Assembly: GCA_041611095.1 (NCBI GenBank) | Contig: JBFINP010000007.1 | Coordinates: forward strand, 11,055-75,054 | Reading direction: 5' to 3' | From: Acidimicrobiia bacterium | Lineage (GTDB): Bacteria; Actinomycetota; Acidimicrobiia; Spongiisociales; UBA5794 | Length of the DNA: 64,000 bases | In this document: positions 46,231 to 56,328 of the stretch, piece after piece | Layout: each line of letters opens with the position of its first letter | How positions within the stretch are numbered: the first letter of the stretch is position 1 | The notes under the pieces: model-generated | Seen by the model: only the letters and a program-made list of their open reading frames with translations | What the model was told of the DNA's origin: nothing | Databases searched by the model: none | Program-made: the position numbers and the translations under genes

Positions 46231-47220
46231 GTGGACAAGAAGCGCAAGGTCTTCTCGGGGGTGCAGCCCACGGGCAACCTCCACATCGGCAACTACCTCG
46301 GAGCATTTCGCAACTGGGTCAAGCTCCAGGAGGAGTACGAGACGATCTATTGCGTCGTGGACCTGCACGCGCTCACCCAGCCGATCGATCCGGGTGTTCT
46401 GCATGAGCAGCGTATCGACGTCGCCAAGGCGCTGCTCGCCGTGGGCATCGATACCTCGAAGTCGCTGTTCTACCTGCAGAGCCAGGTCCCCCAGCATGCC
46501 GAGCTGCAATGGATCCTCGGCAGCCTCACGCCCACGGGCGTGCTCAATCGGATGACGCAATACAAGGACAAGGTGGCGCAGGGGATCCCCGCCAACCTCG
46601 GTCTGTACGCCTATCCGGTCTTGATGGCCGCCGACATCCTGTTGCACCGTTGTGACCTGGTGCCGGTCGGCGACGACCAGAGGCAGCACCTCGAGATGAC
46701 CCGCGATCTCGCCGAGCGCTTCAACAACAGGTATGGAGACGTCTTCCCCGTCCCGGATGCACTGATCCCGCCGACGTCCGCCAGGGTCATGTCGCTCGTG
46801 GAGCCCACCGCCAAGATGTCGAAGTCCGACGAGAATCCGCGCAGCCGCATCCTCATCACCGATTCGGCCGACGACATCCGCAAGAAGATCAAGTCGGCGG
46901 TCACCGACTCCGATCCCGACGTGAGGTACGACTGGGACGACAAGCCCGGCATCTCGAACCTCTTGGAGATCATGGCCGATTGCACGGGGCGCACGATCGA
47001 CGATCTCGTCGACGAGTACGCGGCGGGGGGCTACGGGCGGTTCAAGGAGGCCGTCGCCGAGGCGGTCGTGGCCGAGCTGGCCCCGGTGCGGCGGCGATTC
47101 ATGGCCCTCGATGACGCCGAAGTGGCGCGGCTGATGCAGAAGGGAGCCCTCGACGCCCGCACGCAGGCCGAGGGCTACCAGCAACAGGTGCGCAAGGCGG
47201 TGGGCCTCGACGCCGTGTAG
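46231..47220 (+). CDS. trpS: tryptophan--tRNA ligase
   Basis: GTG at 46231. VFSGVQPTGNLHIGNYLG (HIGH-type) and AKMSKSD (KMSKS). Confidence 0.93.
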   Translation: MDKKRKVFSGVQPTGNLHIGNYLGAFRNWVKLQEEYETIYCVVDLHALTQPIDPGVLHEQRIDVAKALLAVGIDTSKSLFYLQSQVPQHAELQWILGSLTPTGVLNRMTQYKDKVAQGIPANLGLYAYPVLMAADILLHRCDLVPVGDDQRQHLEMTRDLAERFNNRYGDVFPVPDALIPPTSARVMSLVEPTAKMSKSDENPRSRILITDSADDIRKKIKSAVTDSDPDVRYDWDDKPGISNLLEIMADCTGRTIDDLVDEYAAGGYGRFKEAVAEAVVAELAPVRRRFMALDDAEVARLMQKGALDARTQAEGYQQQVRKAVGLDAV

Positions 47221-47250
47221 GCGAGTCCGGTCGGGGGTTACGCTCGGCGA

Positions 47251-48126
47251 ATGGGCGTCGTTGAGCCGGCGAGCGCCTCCGAGTTCCTGGCTCGTGCCGA
47301 ACCGCTGCTCGGCGCCAGCGAAGCCCGCCACAACCTCATCTACGGCATCGCCGGCACGATGATCGCGGATCCCAGCGTGTACCCGGATCATGCGCTATGG
47401 ATCGTCGAGGAGGGCGGCGTCCCCCTTGCGGCTGCGTTGCGGACTCCGCCGCGTCACGTCGTGGTAGCCGATGCGGTCGACGACGATGCGGTCGGCCGAC
47501 TGGCGGCAGCGATCGCCGACCGCTATCCGCAGCTACCCGGGGCGGTGGGCAACGTACCGACGATCGACCACTTCACGTCGGCATGGACGGCATCGACAGG
47601 CATCCTCGCCGAGCTGACGATGGCTCAGGGCGTGTTTGCGCTCGAGCAGGTGGCGCCCGTCCCCGCCGTCCCCGGTGCTCCGCGGCCGATCCGACCGTCC
47701 GACGTGGACACGGTCGTCGAGTGGATCGGCGCCTTCGAGCGCGAGGTCGTTCCCGACGAGGCGACCGAGCGCGACCAGCTCATCGCAACGATCGAGCGAC
47801 GCATCGCCGACGGCCACGTCTCCGGCCTCTGGCTGTGGGAGGCCTCCGGGGGTCCGGTGTCGCTGAGTGGATTCGGCGGCCCCACGCCGCATGGCATCCG
47901 GATCGGCCCCGTGTACACGCCTCCGGCGCATCGCGGCCGTGGCTACGCCACGTCGCTCGTGGCCGCGCAATCCTCGTGGCTTCTCGCCCAGGGACGGCGC
48001 TTCTGCTTTCTCTACACCGATCTCGCCAACCCGACCTCGAACGACATCTACCGGCGGATCGGCTACCGACAGATCGCCGAGGCGGCGCGGATCTCGTTCA
48101 TCGGTCGGTCCGGAGGGGTTGGCTGA
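47251..48126 (+). CDS. GNAT family N-acetyltransferase (two-domain type)
   Basis: C-terminal IGPVYTPPAHRGRGYATSLV...YTDLANPTSNDIYRRIGY (acetyl-CoA motif A). Confidence 0.6.
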   Translation: MGVVEPASASEFLARAEPLLGASEARHNLIYGIAGTMIADPSVYPDHALWIVEEGGVPLAAALRTPPRHVVVADAVDDDAVGRLAAAIADRYPQLPGAVGNVPTIDHFTSAWTASTGILAELTMAQGVFALEQVAPVPAVPGAPRPIRPSDVDTVVEWIGAFEREVVPDEATERDQLIATIERRIADGHVSGLWLWEASGGPVSLSGFGGPTPHGIRIGPVYTPPAHRGRGYATSLVAAQSSWLLAQGRRFCFLYTDLANPTSNDIYRRIGYRQIAEAARISFIGRSGGVG

Positions 48127-48136
48127 GGCGTGGGGT

Positions 48137-49384
48137 TCACGGTTCCCGCCGGTCTTCGACGGGTCGTGTCGCTCCTTCCGCAGAGTCTCCCTCCAGGTTC
48201 GCCTCCGCTTCGAGAAACCGGGCGATCCCGGAGACGACGTAGTGGGTTCGCAGCGAGTCGAGGACGTCGAACGCATGGTTGGCTCCGGGGACCTCGGCAT
48301 AGCCCACGGGCTCGGCCGAAACCTCCCGAAGGGCCGCGACGAACTGGATGGCCTCGCGTGTGGGTACGACCGAGTCGGCGGCGCCGTGGACGACGAGGAA
48401 GGGAGGAGCATCGTCGCCGACCTGGTCGAGGGGTGACGCCGCCCGATACCGAGCCCGGGCCTCCTCCTTGGCGGCTTTCATGAGCCCGCGAGCGACGATG
48501 GGCCACTCGTCACGGGTCCGGTTGCGATTCAGCAGGTCGTAGATGCCGTAGATGGGTACTGCGGCCTGGACCGAAGTGTCTGCGTCCTCGAAGCCCGGCT
48601 GGTACTCGGTGCGATTGCCCGTGAGCGCTATGAGGGCCGCCAGGTGCCCTCCCGCCGAACCGCCCGTCACGGCGATGAACGCTGGGTCGATGCCGAAGGG
48701 ACGCCCCTCTTCCCGCATCCAGGCCAGAACCCGTTTGAGGGCGATCAGTTGGTCGGGGAAGGTGGCGGCGGGCACCAACGGGTACGACGCCGCCACACAG
48801 ATCCATCCACGCTGCGCCATCCGGTGCAGCAGCGGTCGGGCCTGCTGCCTGCGATTGCCCCCGCGCCACGATCCGCCGTGGATCTGGAGCAATGCCGGAG
48901 CGGGTCCGTTTCTTTCCCATCCCCGGCGCCGGTACACGTCCAGGTGAAGGCCGGATGCGTACTCGAGGTCGTCGACGCGTTCGATGTCTCGATTGGTGCG
49001 GTAGGGGTACGCTGTGAGGATTCGCCGCCACTCGACGTGAGCGAATCCCTCGCTGGGGACGCCGATCTCCTCGAGGGCAGCGGCCATCGCCTGCTTCGCC
49101 CGGCCGGCCCGGAACTGGATGACGGCATACCCGACCCACGTGGCAACGGTGAGCGCAAGACCGATCCGCCCGGCCGAGTAGTCGAGGGCACCACGCCAAA
49201 CGAGGTAGGCGACGAGGACCGCATGGATGGCGACGCGCACCGGCACGGCCTCGGCCGTGAGCAGTGCGGGGAACCACCATGGGCGCAGGAGCGCATGGGC
49301 ATCGGGGCGGGGCCCGCGCAGCGCGTTGATCGCCCCGACGAGGCCGAGGAAGCTGAGCAGGAACAGGATCAGTGCGGCGAGCAT
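48137..49384 (-). CDS. membrane-anchored alpha/beta hydrolase (carboxylesterase/lipase type)
   Basis: N-terminal TM helices, HGGSWRGG oxyanion motif, GGSAGGH nucleophile elbow. Confidence 0.7.
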   Translation of the reverse strand: MLAALILFLLSFLGLVGAINALRGPRPDAHALLRPWWFPALLTAEAVPVRVAIHAVLVAYLVWRGALDYSAGRIGLALTVATWVGYAVIQFRAGRAKQAMAAALEEIGVPSEGFAHVEWRRILTAYPYRTNRDIERVDDLEYASGLHLDVYRRRGWERNGPAPALLQIHGGSWRGGNRRQQARPLLHRMAQRGWICVAASYPLVPAATFPDQLIALKRVLAWMREEGRPFGIDPAFIAVTGGSAGGHLAALIALTGNRTEYQPGFEDADTSVQAAVPIYGIYDLLNRNRTRDEWPIVARGLMKAAKEEARARYRAASPLDQVGDDAPPFLVVHGAADSVVPTREAIQFVAALREVSAEPVGYAEVPGANHAFDVLDSLRTHYVVSGIARFLEAEANLEGDSAEGATRPVEDRREP

Positions 49385-49444
49385 GATCTCCTGCTCGGTG
49401 GGCGACGCGCCGCACGCCCGTCGGGCGGGCGGCCGCTGGGGGCG

Positions 49445-50407
49445 TCAATCACCTGCCAGGTTGTCGTAGCGAAGCGAGCCCAGCCGGCCGGCGCGACTCA
49501 AGTCGTCGGGTTCGACGCCACCGACGAGCCGGCCACGTTTGTCGACGACGGGGATTGGTGATCCCTCGAAGAACTCCTCCAGGCCGCGCAGGTCGGCGAG
49601 GGCGTCATACGCACTCGCGAGCGGTACCTGCTCCATGACCGCGCCCACCTCGCTGTCGGGGTCGGCGGATGCCAGGGAGCTCATGCGGACCACGCCGACC
49701 AGCCGTCCCTCGTCGATGACGGCCTGGACTTGCTCCTCGGCGACGAGGCGGGCGTCGGCGACCCGGATGTGCGTCGAGATGCCGGTGAGTGGCTGCATGC
49801 GATGGAAGGCACGGAGGGGCTGGCTGCGGACGACGACGGCGCCCGCAGTCGCCGCCGCTGTGAGCCGCTGCCCTGGTCCGAGGAACTGGCGATGGAGCCA
49901 CGAGCCCCCGGGTGCCCCCAGCACCAGCAGCGTCCCCGGTGGGAAGGTCGCCGCGAGGTCGGCGGCGCTCGACACCTCCTCGATGCGACCCGGCAGCCCG
50001 GAGGAGGCGGTTCCGTCGGCGACGGCCGCGGCCGCGATCCCAGCTCCCGAGGTCGTGCGGAATCCACTGACGACCTCGCCCGGGACACCGAGGGAGCCTG
50101 CAACGCGTGCGGCGACCACGGAGGCCAGCCGTGAGTGGGGTCCGCCGGCGACTGCGCCGACGACGAAACGAACCCTGTCCGGGTCGAAGTCGATGGGATT
50201 CGCCGTCGGCACCACGTCGAAGGAGCCACCGCCGGCCATGACGGCCAGGTCGGCGCAGTGATCCAGACAACTGCGCGCCGGTCCTCGGTCGGCGCGGATG
50301 GCGGCCTCGGTTGCCAGCAGCTCGGCCAACTCGCCACACCCGGAGCCGCGAGTCCACACGACGACCCTCGGATAGTCGTTCGGCCAGCTCCGAGCCGAGT
50401 ATGGCAT
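49445..50407 (-). CDS. hypothetical protein with a USP/Rossmann-like N-region and a C-terminal CBS pair
   Basis: Start at MPYSARS (cat 50405..50407) with AAGGGGGG upstream. C-terminal ...VIDEGRLVGVVRMSSL... and ...SPIPVVDKRGRLVGGVEPDDL are CBS-like. Confidence 0.5.
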   Translation of the reverse strand: MPYSARSWPNDYPRVVVWTRGSGCGELAELLATEAAIRADRGPARSCLDHCADLAVMAGGGSFDVVPTANPIDFDPDRVRFVVGAVAGGPHSRLASVVAARVAGSLGVPGEVVSGFRTTSGAGIAAAAVADGTASSGLPGRIEEVSSAADLAATFPPGTLLVLGAPGGSWLHRQFLGPGQRLTAAATAGAVVVRSQPLRAFHRMQPLTGISTHIRVADARLVAEEQVQAVIDEGRLVGVVRMSSLASADPDSEVGAVMEQVPLASAYDALADLRGLEEFFEGSPIPVVDKRGRLVGGVEPDDLSRAGRLGSLRYDNLAGD

Positions 50408-50543
50408 TCGCCCCCCTTGGGACATCGCGTCCGGTGGCAGGGTACCGCACGCTGTGGACAAGTTGAGGGCTCCCCTTTGCCGCATCCGCGAGGTGGTACG
50501 CTCGCCGGGCGCTGGTGGTATTCCCGAAAGAGGCGGAGGACTC

Positions 50544-51701
50544 GTGGAGATCGAGATCGGCATCGCCAAGTCCGGTCGTCGTGCGTGGGGGTTCGACGAC
50601 ATCGCGATCGTGCCGTCCCGGAGGACCCGCGACCCCGACGACGTGTCCTTGCGTTGGGAGATCGATGCCTACGGATTCGATCTTCCGATGCTCGGTGCCG
50701 CCATGGACTCTTCGGTCAGCCCGGCGACGGCCATCGAGATAGGCCGGCTGGGCGGTCTCGGAGTGCTCAATCTCGAGGGTCTGTGGACTCGCTACGACGA
50801 CCCGATGCCCGTCTTCGAGGAGATCCGCTCGCTCCCCGCGGACAAGGCCACCCGCCGCATGCAGGAGATGTACCGGGAGCCCGTGAAGCCGGAGCTGATC
50901 GGCCGGCGAGTGGAGGAGCTGAGGGCGGCGGACATCGTGACCGCCGCCAGCCTCACCCCACAGCACGTGGCCGAGCTGGCGCCGTACGCCCTCGACGCGG
51001 GTCTGCACGTCCTCGTGATCCAAGGGACCGTCGTGTCGGCCGAGCACGTGTCGACGCGCAGCGAGCCGCTCGATCTGAACCGCTTCATCGCCGATCAGGA
51101 CGTCCCCGTGATCGTCGGCGGTTGTGCCTCGTACGCCGGGGCTCTCCACCTGATGCGCACCGGCGCGGCGGGAGTATTGGTTGGCGTGGGCCCGGGGGCC
51201 GCTTGCACGTCTCGCGGTGTCCTGGGGATCGGGGTGCCCCAGGCAACGGCCATTGCCGATGCCGCGGGAGCGCGCAGCCGTTACCTCGAGGAGACGGGCC
51301 GCTATGTACACGTCATCGCCGACGGAGGCATGCGCACGGGCGGTGACGTCGCCAAGGCCATCGCCTGCGGCGCCGACGCGGTGATGATCGGATCGCCCCT
51401 GGCCGCCGCCTCCGAGGCCCCGGCCAGCGGCTATCACTGGGGGATGGCCACCTTTCACCCGACACTGCCTCGCGGCGCCCGCGTCGAGACGACAACGCTG
51501 GGCACCCTGGAGGAGATCCTCGTTGGTCCCGCGCACGAGAACGATGGTCGGCGCAACCTGTTCGGGGCGCTGCGCGTTTCGATGGCGACGACGGGCCACG
51601 CCAACGTCAAGGAGTTCCAGAAAGCCGAGGTGATGGTCGCACCAGCGCTGCAGACCGAGGGGAAGCGGCTCCAGCGCAGCCAGGGTGTGGGGATGGGATG
51701 A
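50544..51701 (+). CDS. guaB3: GuaB3-type IMP dehydrogenase family protein (lacks the CBS subdomain)
   Basis: GTG at 50544 after [44 protein letters not shown]...[13 protein letters not shown] closely parallels mycobacterial GuaB3. No Bateman insert is visible. Confidence 0.78.
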   Translation: MEIEIGIAKSGRRAWGFDDIAIVPSRRTRDPDDVSLRWEIDAYGFDLPMLGAAMDSSVSPATAIEIGRLGGLGVLNLEGLWTRYDDPMPVFEEIRSLPADKATRRMQEMYREPVKPELIGRRVEELRAADIVTAASLTPQHVAELAPYALDAGLHVLVIQGTVVSAEHVSTRSEPLDLNRFIADQDVPVIVGGCASYAGALHLMRTGAAGVLVGVGPGAACTSRGVLGIGVPQATAIADAAGARSRYLEETGRYVHVIADGGMRTGGDVAKAIACGADAVMIGSPLAAASEAPASGYHWGMATFHPTLPRGARVETTTLGTLEEILVGPAHENDGRRNLFGALRVSMATTGHANVKEFQKAEVMVAPALQTEGKRLQRSQGVGMG

Positions 51702-53263
51702 CGGCCGCTGCCGCCGGTCATGCGTCGGGCGGCGACTTCGACGGGGTTGTGGTCGTCGACTTCGGCGCCCAGTACGCCCAGCTGATCGCCAGGCGAGTGC
51801 GTGAGGCCCACGTCTACTCCGAGATCGTGCCGCGTACGGTCACCGCCGGCGAGATCGCGGCGTTGGGCCCGGTCGGAATCATCCTCTCCGGCGGCCCGGC
51901 GTCGGTGTACGCCGAGGATGCCTACGAGATCGATCCGGCGATCCTCGACCTCGGTATCCCCGTACTCGGCATCTGTTACGGCCACCAGGTGCTGGCCGCG
52001 GCGCTCGGCGGCACCGTGGCGCACAACGACGTGGCCGAGTTCGGGCGCACCGCGCTCGAGGTCGGTGACGGTGGCGTGCTCTTCCATGAACTGCCGGCGA
52101 GCCAGTCGGTGTGGATGAGTCACCGCGATGCGGTCACCGCCCCTCCGGCCGGGTTCCGCATCACGGCTTCGACCCCGGACGCTCCGGTGGCGGCGATGGA
52201 GGACCGGGCACGGGGGTTCTACGGTGTCCAGTTCCACCCCGAAGTGGCACACACCGATCGTGGTCAGGAGGTCCTCAAGCATTTCCTCTACGACGCCTGC
52301 CATGCCCGACCCAACTGGACACACGTAGGCATCATCGAGCAGGCGGTCGCCGAGATCCGGGACGCCGTCGGAGCCGGAAAGGTGATCTGCGGGCTGTCTG
52401 GAGGTGTCGACTCGTCGGTGGCGGCGGCCCTCGTCCACAAGGCGGTCGGTGACCAGCTCGTGTGCGTCTTCGTCGACCATGGTCTGCTGCGCAAGGGCGA
52501 GGCCGAGCAGGTGGAAGAGACGTTCCTGCGCAACTTCCACGTGAACCTGGTCCACGTGAAGGCTCAGGACCGCTTCCTCGACGCCCTGGCCGGGGTCACC
52601 GACCCCGAGCGCAAGCGCAAGATCATCGGCGAGACCTTCATCCGGGTCTTCGAGGAGGTGGCCGCCGACGTCGCAGATGCCCGATTCCTCGTCCAGGGCA
52701 CCCTCTATCCGGACATCATCGAGTCGGGCACGGCGGACGCCGCCAAGATCAAGAGTCATCACAACGTCGGCGGCCTACCCGACGACATGGAGTTCGAGCT
52801 GGTCGAGCCGCTGCGCGACCTGTTCAAGGACGAGGTACGTGCGATCGGGGAAGAGCTCGGGCTGCCCGAGGAGATCGTCTGGCGCCAGCCGTTCCCCGGC
52901 CCCGGCCTTGCGGTGCGCATCATCGGCGATGTGACGCAGGAGCGTCTGGAGATCCTGCGGGCAGCCGACGCGATCGTCGTCGAGGAGATCCGCCGGGCCG
53001 GCCTCTACCGGGAGATCTGGCAGAGCTTCGGGGTGCTCCCCACCGTCCGTTCGGTGGGTGTGCAGGGCGACGGACGCACCTACGCCTACCCGCTCATCGT
53101 GCGGGCCGTGACCTCCGAGGATGCCATGACGGCCGATTGGGCTCGGCTGCCGTTCGAGGTTTTGGAGCGCATCTCGTCCCGAGTCATCAACGAGGTCCCT
53201 GGCATCAACCGGGTTGCCTACGACGTCAGCTCGAAGCCACCTGCCACGATCGAGTGGGAGTGA
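51698..53263 (+). CDS. guaA: glutamine-hydrolysing GMP synthase
   Basis: GATase domain (ICYGHQ), ATP-PPase P-loop [10 protein letters not shown]-terminal ...[13 protein letters not shown] overlap with guaB3. Confidence 0.96.
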   Translation: MTAAAAGHASGGDFDGVVVVDFGAQYAQLIARRVREAHVYSEIVPRTVTAGEIAALGPVGIILSGGPASVYAEDAYEIDPAILDLGIPVLGICYGHQVLAAALGGTVAHNDVAEFGRTALEVGDGGVLFHELPASQSVWMSHRDAVTAPPAGFRITASTPDAPVAAMEDRARGFYGVQFHPEVAHTDRGQEVLKHFLYDACHARPNWTHVGIIEQAVAEIRDAVGAGKVICGLSGGVDSSVAAALVHKAVGDQLVCVFVDHGLLRKGEAEQVEETFLRNFHVNLVHVKAQDRFLDALAGVTDPERKRKIIGETFIRVFEEVAADVADARFLVQGTLYPDIIESGTADAAKIKSHHNVGGLPDDMEFELVEPLRDLFKDEVRAIGEELGLPEEIVWRQPFPGPGLAVRIIGDVTQERLEILRAADAIVVEEIRRAGLYREIWQSFGVLPTVRSVGVQGDGRTYAYPLIVRAVTSEDAMTADWARLPFEVLERISSRVINEVPGINRVAYDVSSKPPATIEWE

Positions 53264-53351
53264 CCGGGGGTGGGTACACCGACGGCGCGATGCGGCCCGG
53301 GTCGAGACCCGGGCCGCATGATCGGGTGGTGACACCTCCACCGTGGGGTGG

Positions 53352-53669
53352 TCAGTCGTTGTCGTCCGCCGACTCGCTGTCGGCGTCGGACGACACCACG
53401 TTGAACTGCTCGTCGAGCTGGACGTCAAACTGGCTTCCGTCGTCGAGGGTGACCTCGACCTCGTAGTAGCTGTCCTCGTCACCGATCTCGGTGTCCGTCA
53501 CCCGGCCTTCGCCCAAGTGTTCGAGGGCGGCGGCGGAGGCCTTGTCGAGGGCTTCGCCCGTTATGGGGGTGTCGGTGTCACCTCCGGCGGCGATGGCCGC
53601 CCCGGTGCCGGCAGCTACAGCGGTGGCCACGGCGGCGCCGGCGATCACGATCTTGGTTCGGCGTTTCAC
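53352..53669 (-). CDS. PepSY domain-containing exported protein
   Basis: GTG at 53669 after GAAGGGA. TM/signal KIVIAGAAVATAVAAG, then ..ALEHLGEGRVTDTEIGDEDSYYEVEVTLDDGSQFDVQLDEQFNVV. Confidence 0.6.
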   Translation of the reverse strand: MKRRTKIVIAGAAVATAVAAGTGAAIAAGGDTDTPITGEALDKASAAALEHLGEGRVTDTEIGDEDSYYEVEVTLDDGSQFDVQLDEQFNVVSSDADSESADDND

Positions 53670-53740
53670 AGTCGTCCCTTCTCGTTGCTTGACGCGAACG
53701 TACGGCCTGGCTGCTGAAGGGATGCTGAAACGCAGACGGA

Positions 53741-54058
53741 TCAGGCCCCTTCGGGGCTCTCCGTCATCGTCAGTTCGTCGGCGTCGAGACCGAGTATGTA
53801 CTGCGCATAGGAGCGAGACCACGGTTCGGTGGCGCCACTTCCTGTGTGACGCTCGTCTGCATTGAGCAGGCATTGCACGAGCCGCGACCTGGTGGGCCGC
53901 ATACCGAGAAGCGGCGCGATCCTCGGTTCGAGGTACTCGGCGTACCAGAGGGGCCATTCGGGGTCCTCGCCATCGGTTGAGAGGAACGCCTGGTGGTGGG
54001 CATGCCCCGTCTCGATCAGAAGATCGGCAAGGGCGGTGACGGCGGTGGCGACGCTCAA
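53741..54058 (-). CDS. hypothetical protein (105 aa)
   Basis: The ORF has protein-like composition (..GHAHHQAFLSTDGEDPEWPLWYAEYL..). No family recognised with confidence. Confidence 0.35.
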   Translation of the reverse strand: MSVATAVTALADLLIETGHAHHQAFLSTDGEDPEWPLWYAEYLEPRIAPLLGMRPTRSRLVQCLLNADERHTGSGATEPWSRSYAQYILGLDADELTMTESPEGA

Positions 54059-54212
54059 CGGGATCTCCCTCCTTGGGTGCGCGTGACTCTATCTCGCCCG
54101 CCGCCGGCCGGGGCCGTCATCTCGCGGCCCCGACGCGTAGCGTTCGAAGGGTGATTGCGGGGCGTCTCGATGGTCGGGACGGCGTGAACTCGCATCCGGG
54201 AAGGGGCGCGTC

Positions 54213-55274
54213 ATGGAGGACCGCCGGACCACATTCACCCGTCGCCAGATGCTCGGAACAGGTGGGGTTGCGCTCGCGGCGGCGATGCTGCGCAGCGCTC
54301 CCGCCGCTGCGTCCGATGACGCGTGCGTCACCGAGTTCGCTCCACTTCCGCCCGGAGCGTTTGGTCCTCCCATCCCCGACAAGGGCTACCTCGTCGAGGA
54401 GATCGCCCGTGGGTTGTACTGGGTGACCGAGGGTACCTACATCGCCCACTTCCTCGAGCATCGACACGGGGTGATCGTCATGGACTCCCCACCGACCCTG
54501 GCCGCCGCATTGCCGGCCGCGATCGCCGAGGTCACCAGCAAACCCGTCACTCACGTCGTGTACAGCCACACCCACGGTGACCACGTGGGCGTTGCCGGAG
54601 TGCTCTTCCCCGGTGCGACCTTCATCGGTCACGCGGAGACCGCGGCGACCCTGGCGAGACGGGCGGACCCACGTCGCCCGGTGCCGACCCAGACTTTCAC
54701 AGACCGGCTTCGTCTCAACATCGGCGGCCGGCGTATCGAGCTGATCTACCCAGGTCCGAACCACGAGCCCGGCAACATCTTCATGTGGATCCCTGCGGCC
54801 AAGACGTTGTTCTGGGTGGATGTCGTGTTCCCCGGTTGGATCCCGTTCAAGAGCCTCGCGCTGGCGAAGGACGTGCCCGGCACGGTGGCGGCGCACGATG
54901 CGGCGCTGGCACTTCCCTTCGAGGTCTTCTCCGGCGGGCACCTCACCCGGCTGGGCACGCGGGAGGACGTGGAGGTTGCCCGAGAGTACGTGGCCGACGT
55001 GCGGGCGGCATCGTTCGAGGCGCTGGCTTCGGTCGACTTCTTCGCCATCGTGGGTGAGATCGGGTTCCTCGATCCCAACGATCCGTCGTTCCTCAACCAA
55101 TGGGAGCTGTTCGAAACCTACCTCGACGCGGTGGAGGAGTTCGCCGCCGACATCGTCCTCGACAAGTGGCTCGGGGTCCTCGGGGCCGCCGACGTGTGGA
55201 CGCAGTCCCATTGCGGGGCGATGATCGAGAGCATCCGGATCGACGACAACGCCGTGTCCGATCCGGTGAGCTGA
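54213..55274 (+). CDS. Tat-exported MBL-fold metallo-hydrolase
   Basis: Twin-arginine signal FTRRQMLGTGGVALAAAMLRSAPAAAS. HTHGDH metal motif. Confidence 0.75.
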   Translation: MEDRRTTFTRRQMLGTGGVALAAAMLRSAPAAASDDACVTEFAPLPPGAFGPPIPDKGYLVEEIARGLYWVTEGTYIAHFLEHRHGVIVMDSPPTLAAALPAAIAEVTSKPVTHVVYSHTHGDHVGVAGVLFPGATFIGHAETAATLARRADPRRPVPTQTFTDRLRLNIGGRRIELIYPGPNHEPGNIFMWIPAAKTLFWVDVVFPGWIPFKSLALAKDVPGTVAAHDAALALPFEVFSGGHLTRLGTREDVEVAREYVADVRAASFEALASVDFFAIVGEIGFLDPNDPSFLNQWELFETYLDAVEEFAADIVLDKWLGVLGAADVWTQSHCGAMIESIRIDDNAVSDPVS

Positions 55275-55341
55275 CGGCGGCCCGGGCCGGGGGCTGGGGA
55301 TCGCAGCTGATTCACGCGACCGATCGGTACCATCGCCCCCA

Positions 55342-56262
55342 GTGTCAGAACTCAGGAGCAGCCCAGGCCTGGCCGTGACCCTCGATGCCGTCATCGTCGA
55401 CGTGAGCGACGACCGGCCCCGGCTCCTCGTCGTCTCGGGCGACGGCGCCGGACCGCCTCGCATCCCATCGGGACCGCTCGATCCCGGCGCGGACAAGACG
55501 CTCGAGCGGGCGCTGCGGCGGTGGATCGCCGAGCAGGCCGGCATCGAGATCGGGTACGCGGAGCAGCTCTACACCTTCGGCGATCGGGGTCGCGGTGACG
55601 CCGAGACCAGTGGGGTGCGCCAGCTCAGCGTGGCGTACCTCGCCCTCGTGCGCGAGGAGGCGACGTCGCCGGATGCCTCATGGATCGACTGGTACGACCT
55701 GCTCCCTTGGGAGGACCACCGGACCGGCTCCCCGGCGATACTGGACGACGTCATCGTGCCCGCGCTGGAGCGGTGGGCGGGCGACGATGCGTTGCGCCGA
55801 CGGCGGGTGGCCGTCGTGTTCGGGCGTGATCCCTGGGACGGGATTCGAGTGCTCGATCGCTACGAGCTGTTGTACGAGGCCGGCCTGGTAGCCGAGGCGT
55901 TCCTCGATCGCGGCCGGCCAGCTGCCGAGGGGGTCGTCGGGACGGCGATGTCGCTCGACCACCGCCGCGTGGCGGCAACCGGCCTGGGTCGGCTGCGGGG
56001 CAAGCTGACGTACCGGCCGGTGGTTTTCGAGCTGCTCCCCGAGTTGTTCACGCTCAGCGAGCTCCAACGCACCGTAGAGGCACTGGCAGGAGTGCGACTC
56101 CACAAGCAGAACTTCCGCCGGCTCGTCGAGCGCAACCGCCTCGTGGAAGGAACGGGCAAGCGGACCACGGCGACGGGCGGACGGCCCGCCGAGCTGTTCC
56201 GTTTCCGCACCGCGGTCGTCGAGGAGCGCCCGAGACCGGGGCTCGGGGTGCCCTACCGCTGA
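55342..56262 (+). CDS. nrtR: NrtR-family (Nudix-related) transcriptional regulator of NAD metabolism
   Basis: N-terminal Nudix-fold region with a degenerate Nudix box (GPLDPGADKTLERALRRWIAEQAGI). The C-terminal winged helix LPELFTLSELQRTVEALAGVRLHKQNFRRLV...GRPAELFRF is characteristic of NrtR. nadABC lie nearby. Confidence 0.7.
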   Translation: MSELRSSPGLAVTLDAVIVDVSDDRPRLLVVSGDGAGPPRIPSGPLDPGADKTLERALRRWIAEQAGIEIGYAEQLYTFGDRGRGDAETSGVRQLSVAYLALVREEATSPDASWIDWYDLLPWEDHRTGSPAILDDVIVPALERWAGDDALRRRRVAVVFGRDPWDGIRVLDRYELLYEAGLVAEAFLDRGRPAAEGVVGTAMSLDHRRVAATGLGRLRGKLTYRPVVFELLPELFTLSELQRTVEALAGVRLHKQNFRRLVERNRLVEGTGKRTTATGGRPAELFRFRTAVVEERPRPGLGVPYR

Positions 56263-56328
56263 GGGCCGATGGCGAGGTCGTGCCTCCTCGCCGGGCCGGC
56301 GAGGAGGCACGATCAACGATGTCGGTGT

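Noticed and set aside
50417-50433. TTGGGACATCGCGTCCG, a GGAC-N5-GTCC palindrome resembling a DosR half-consensus upstream of the USP/CBS gene
   Set aside because: The spacing is one nucleotide longer than the DosR box. It also overlaps the alternative start codon and RBS region of the gene itself, so it is likely fortuitous.
49605-51599. 664-aa ORF on the minus strand
   Set aside because: Antisense to guaB3 and out of frame over the CBS-protein gene on its own strand. Arg-rich artefact.
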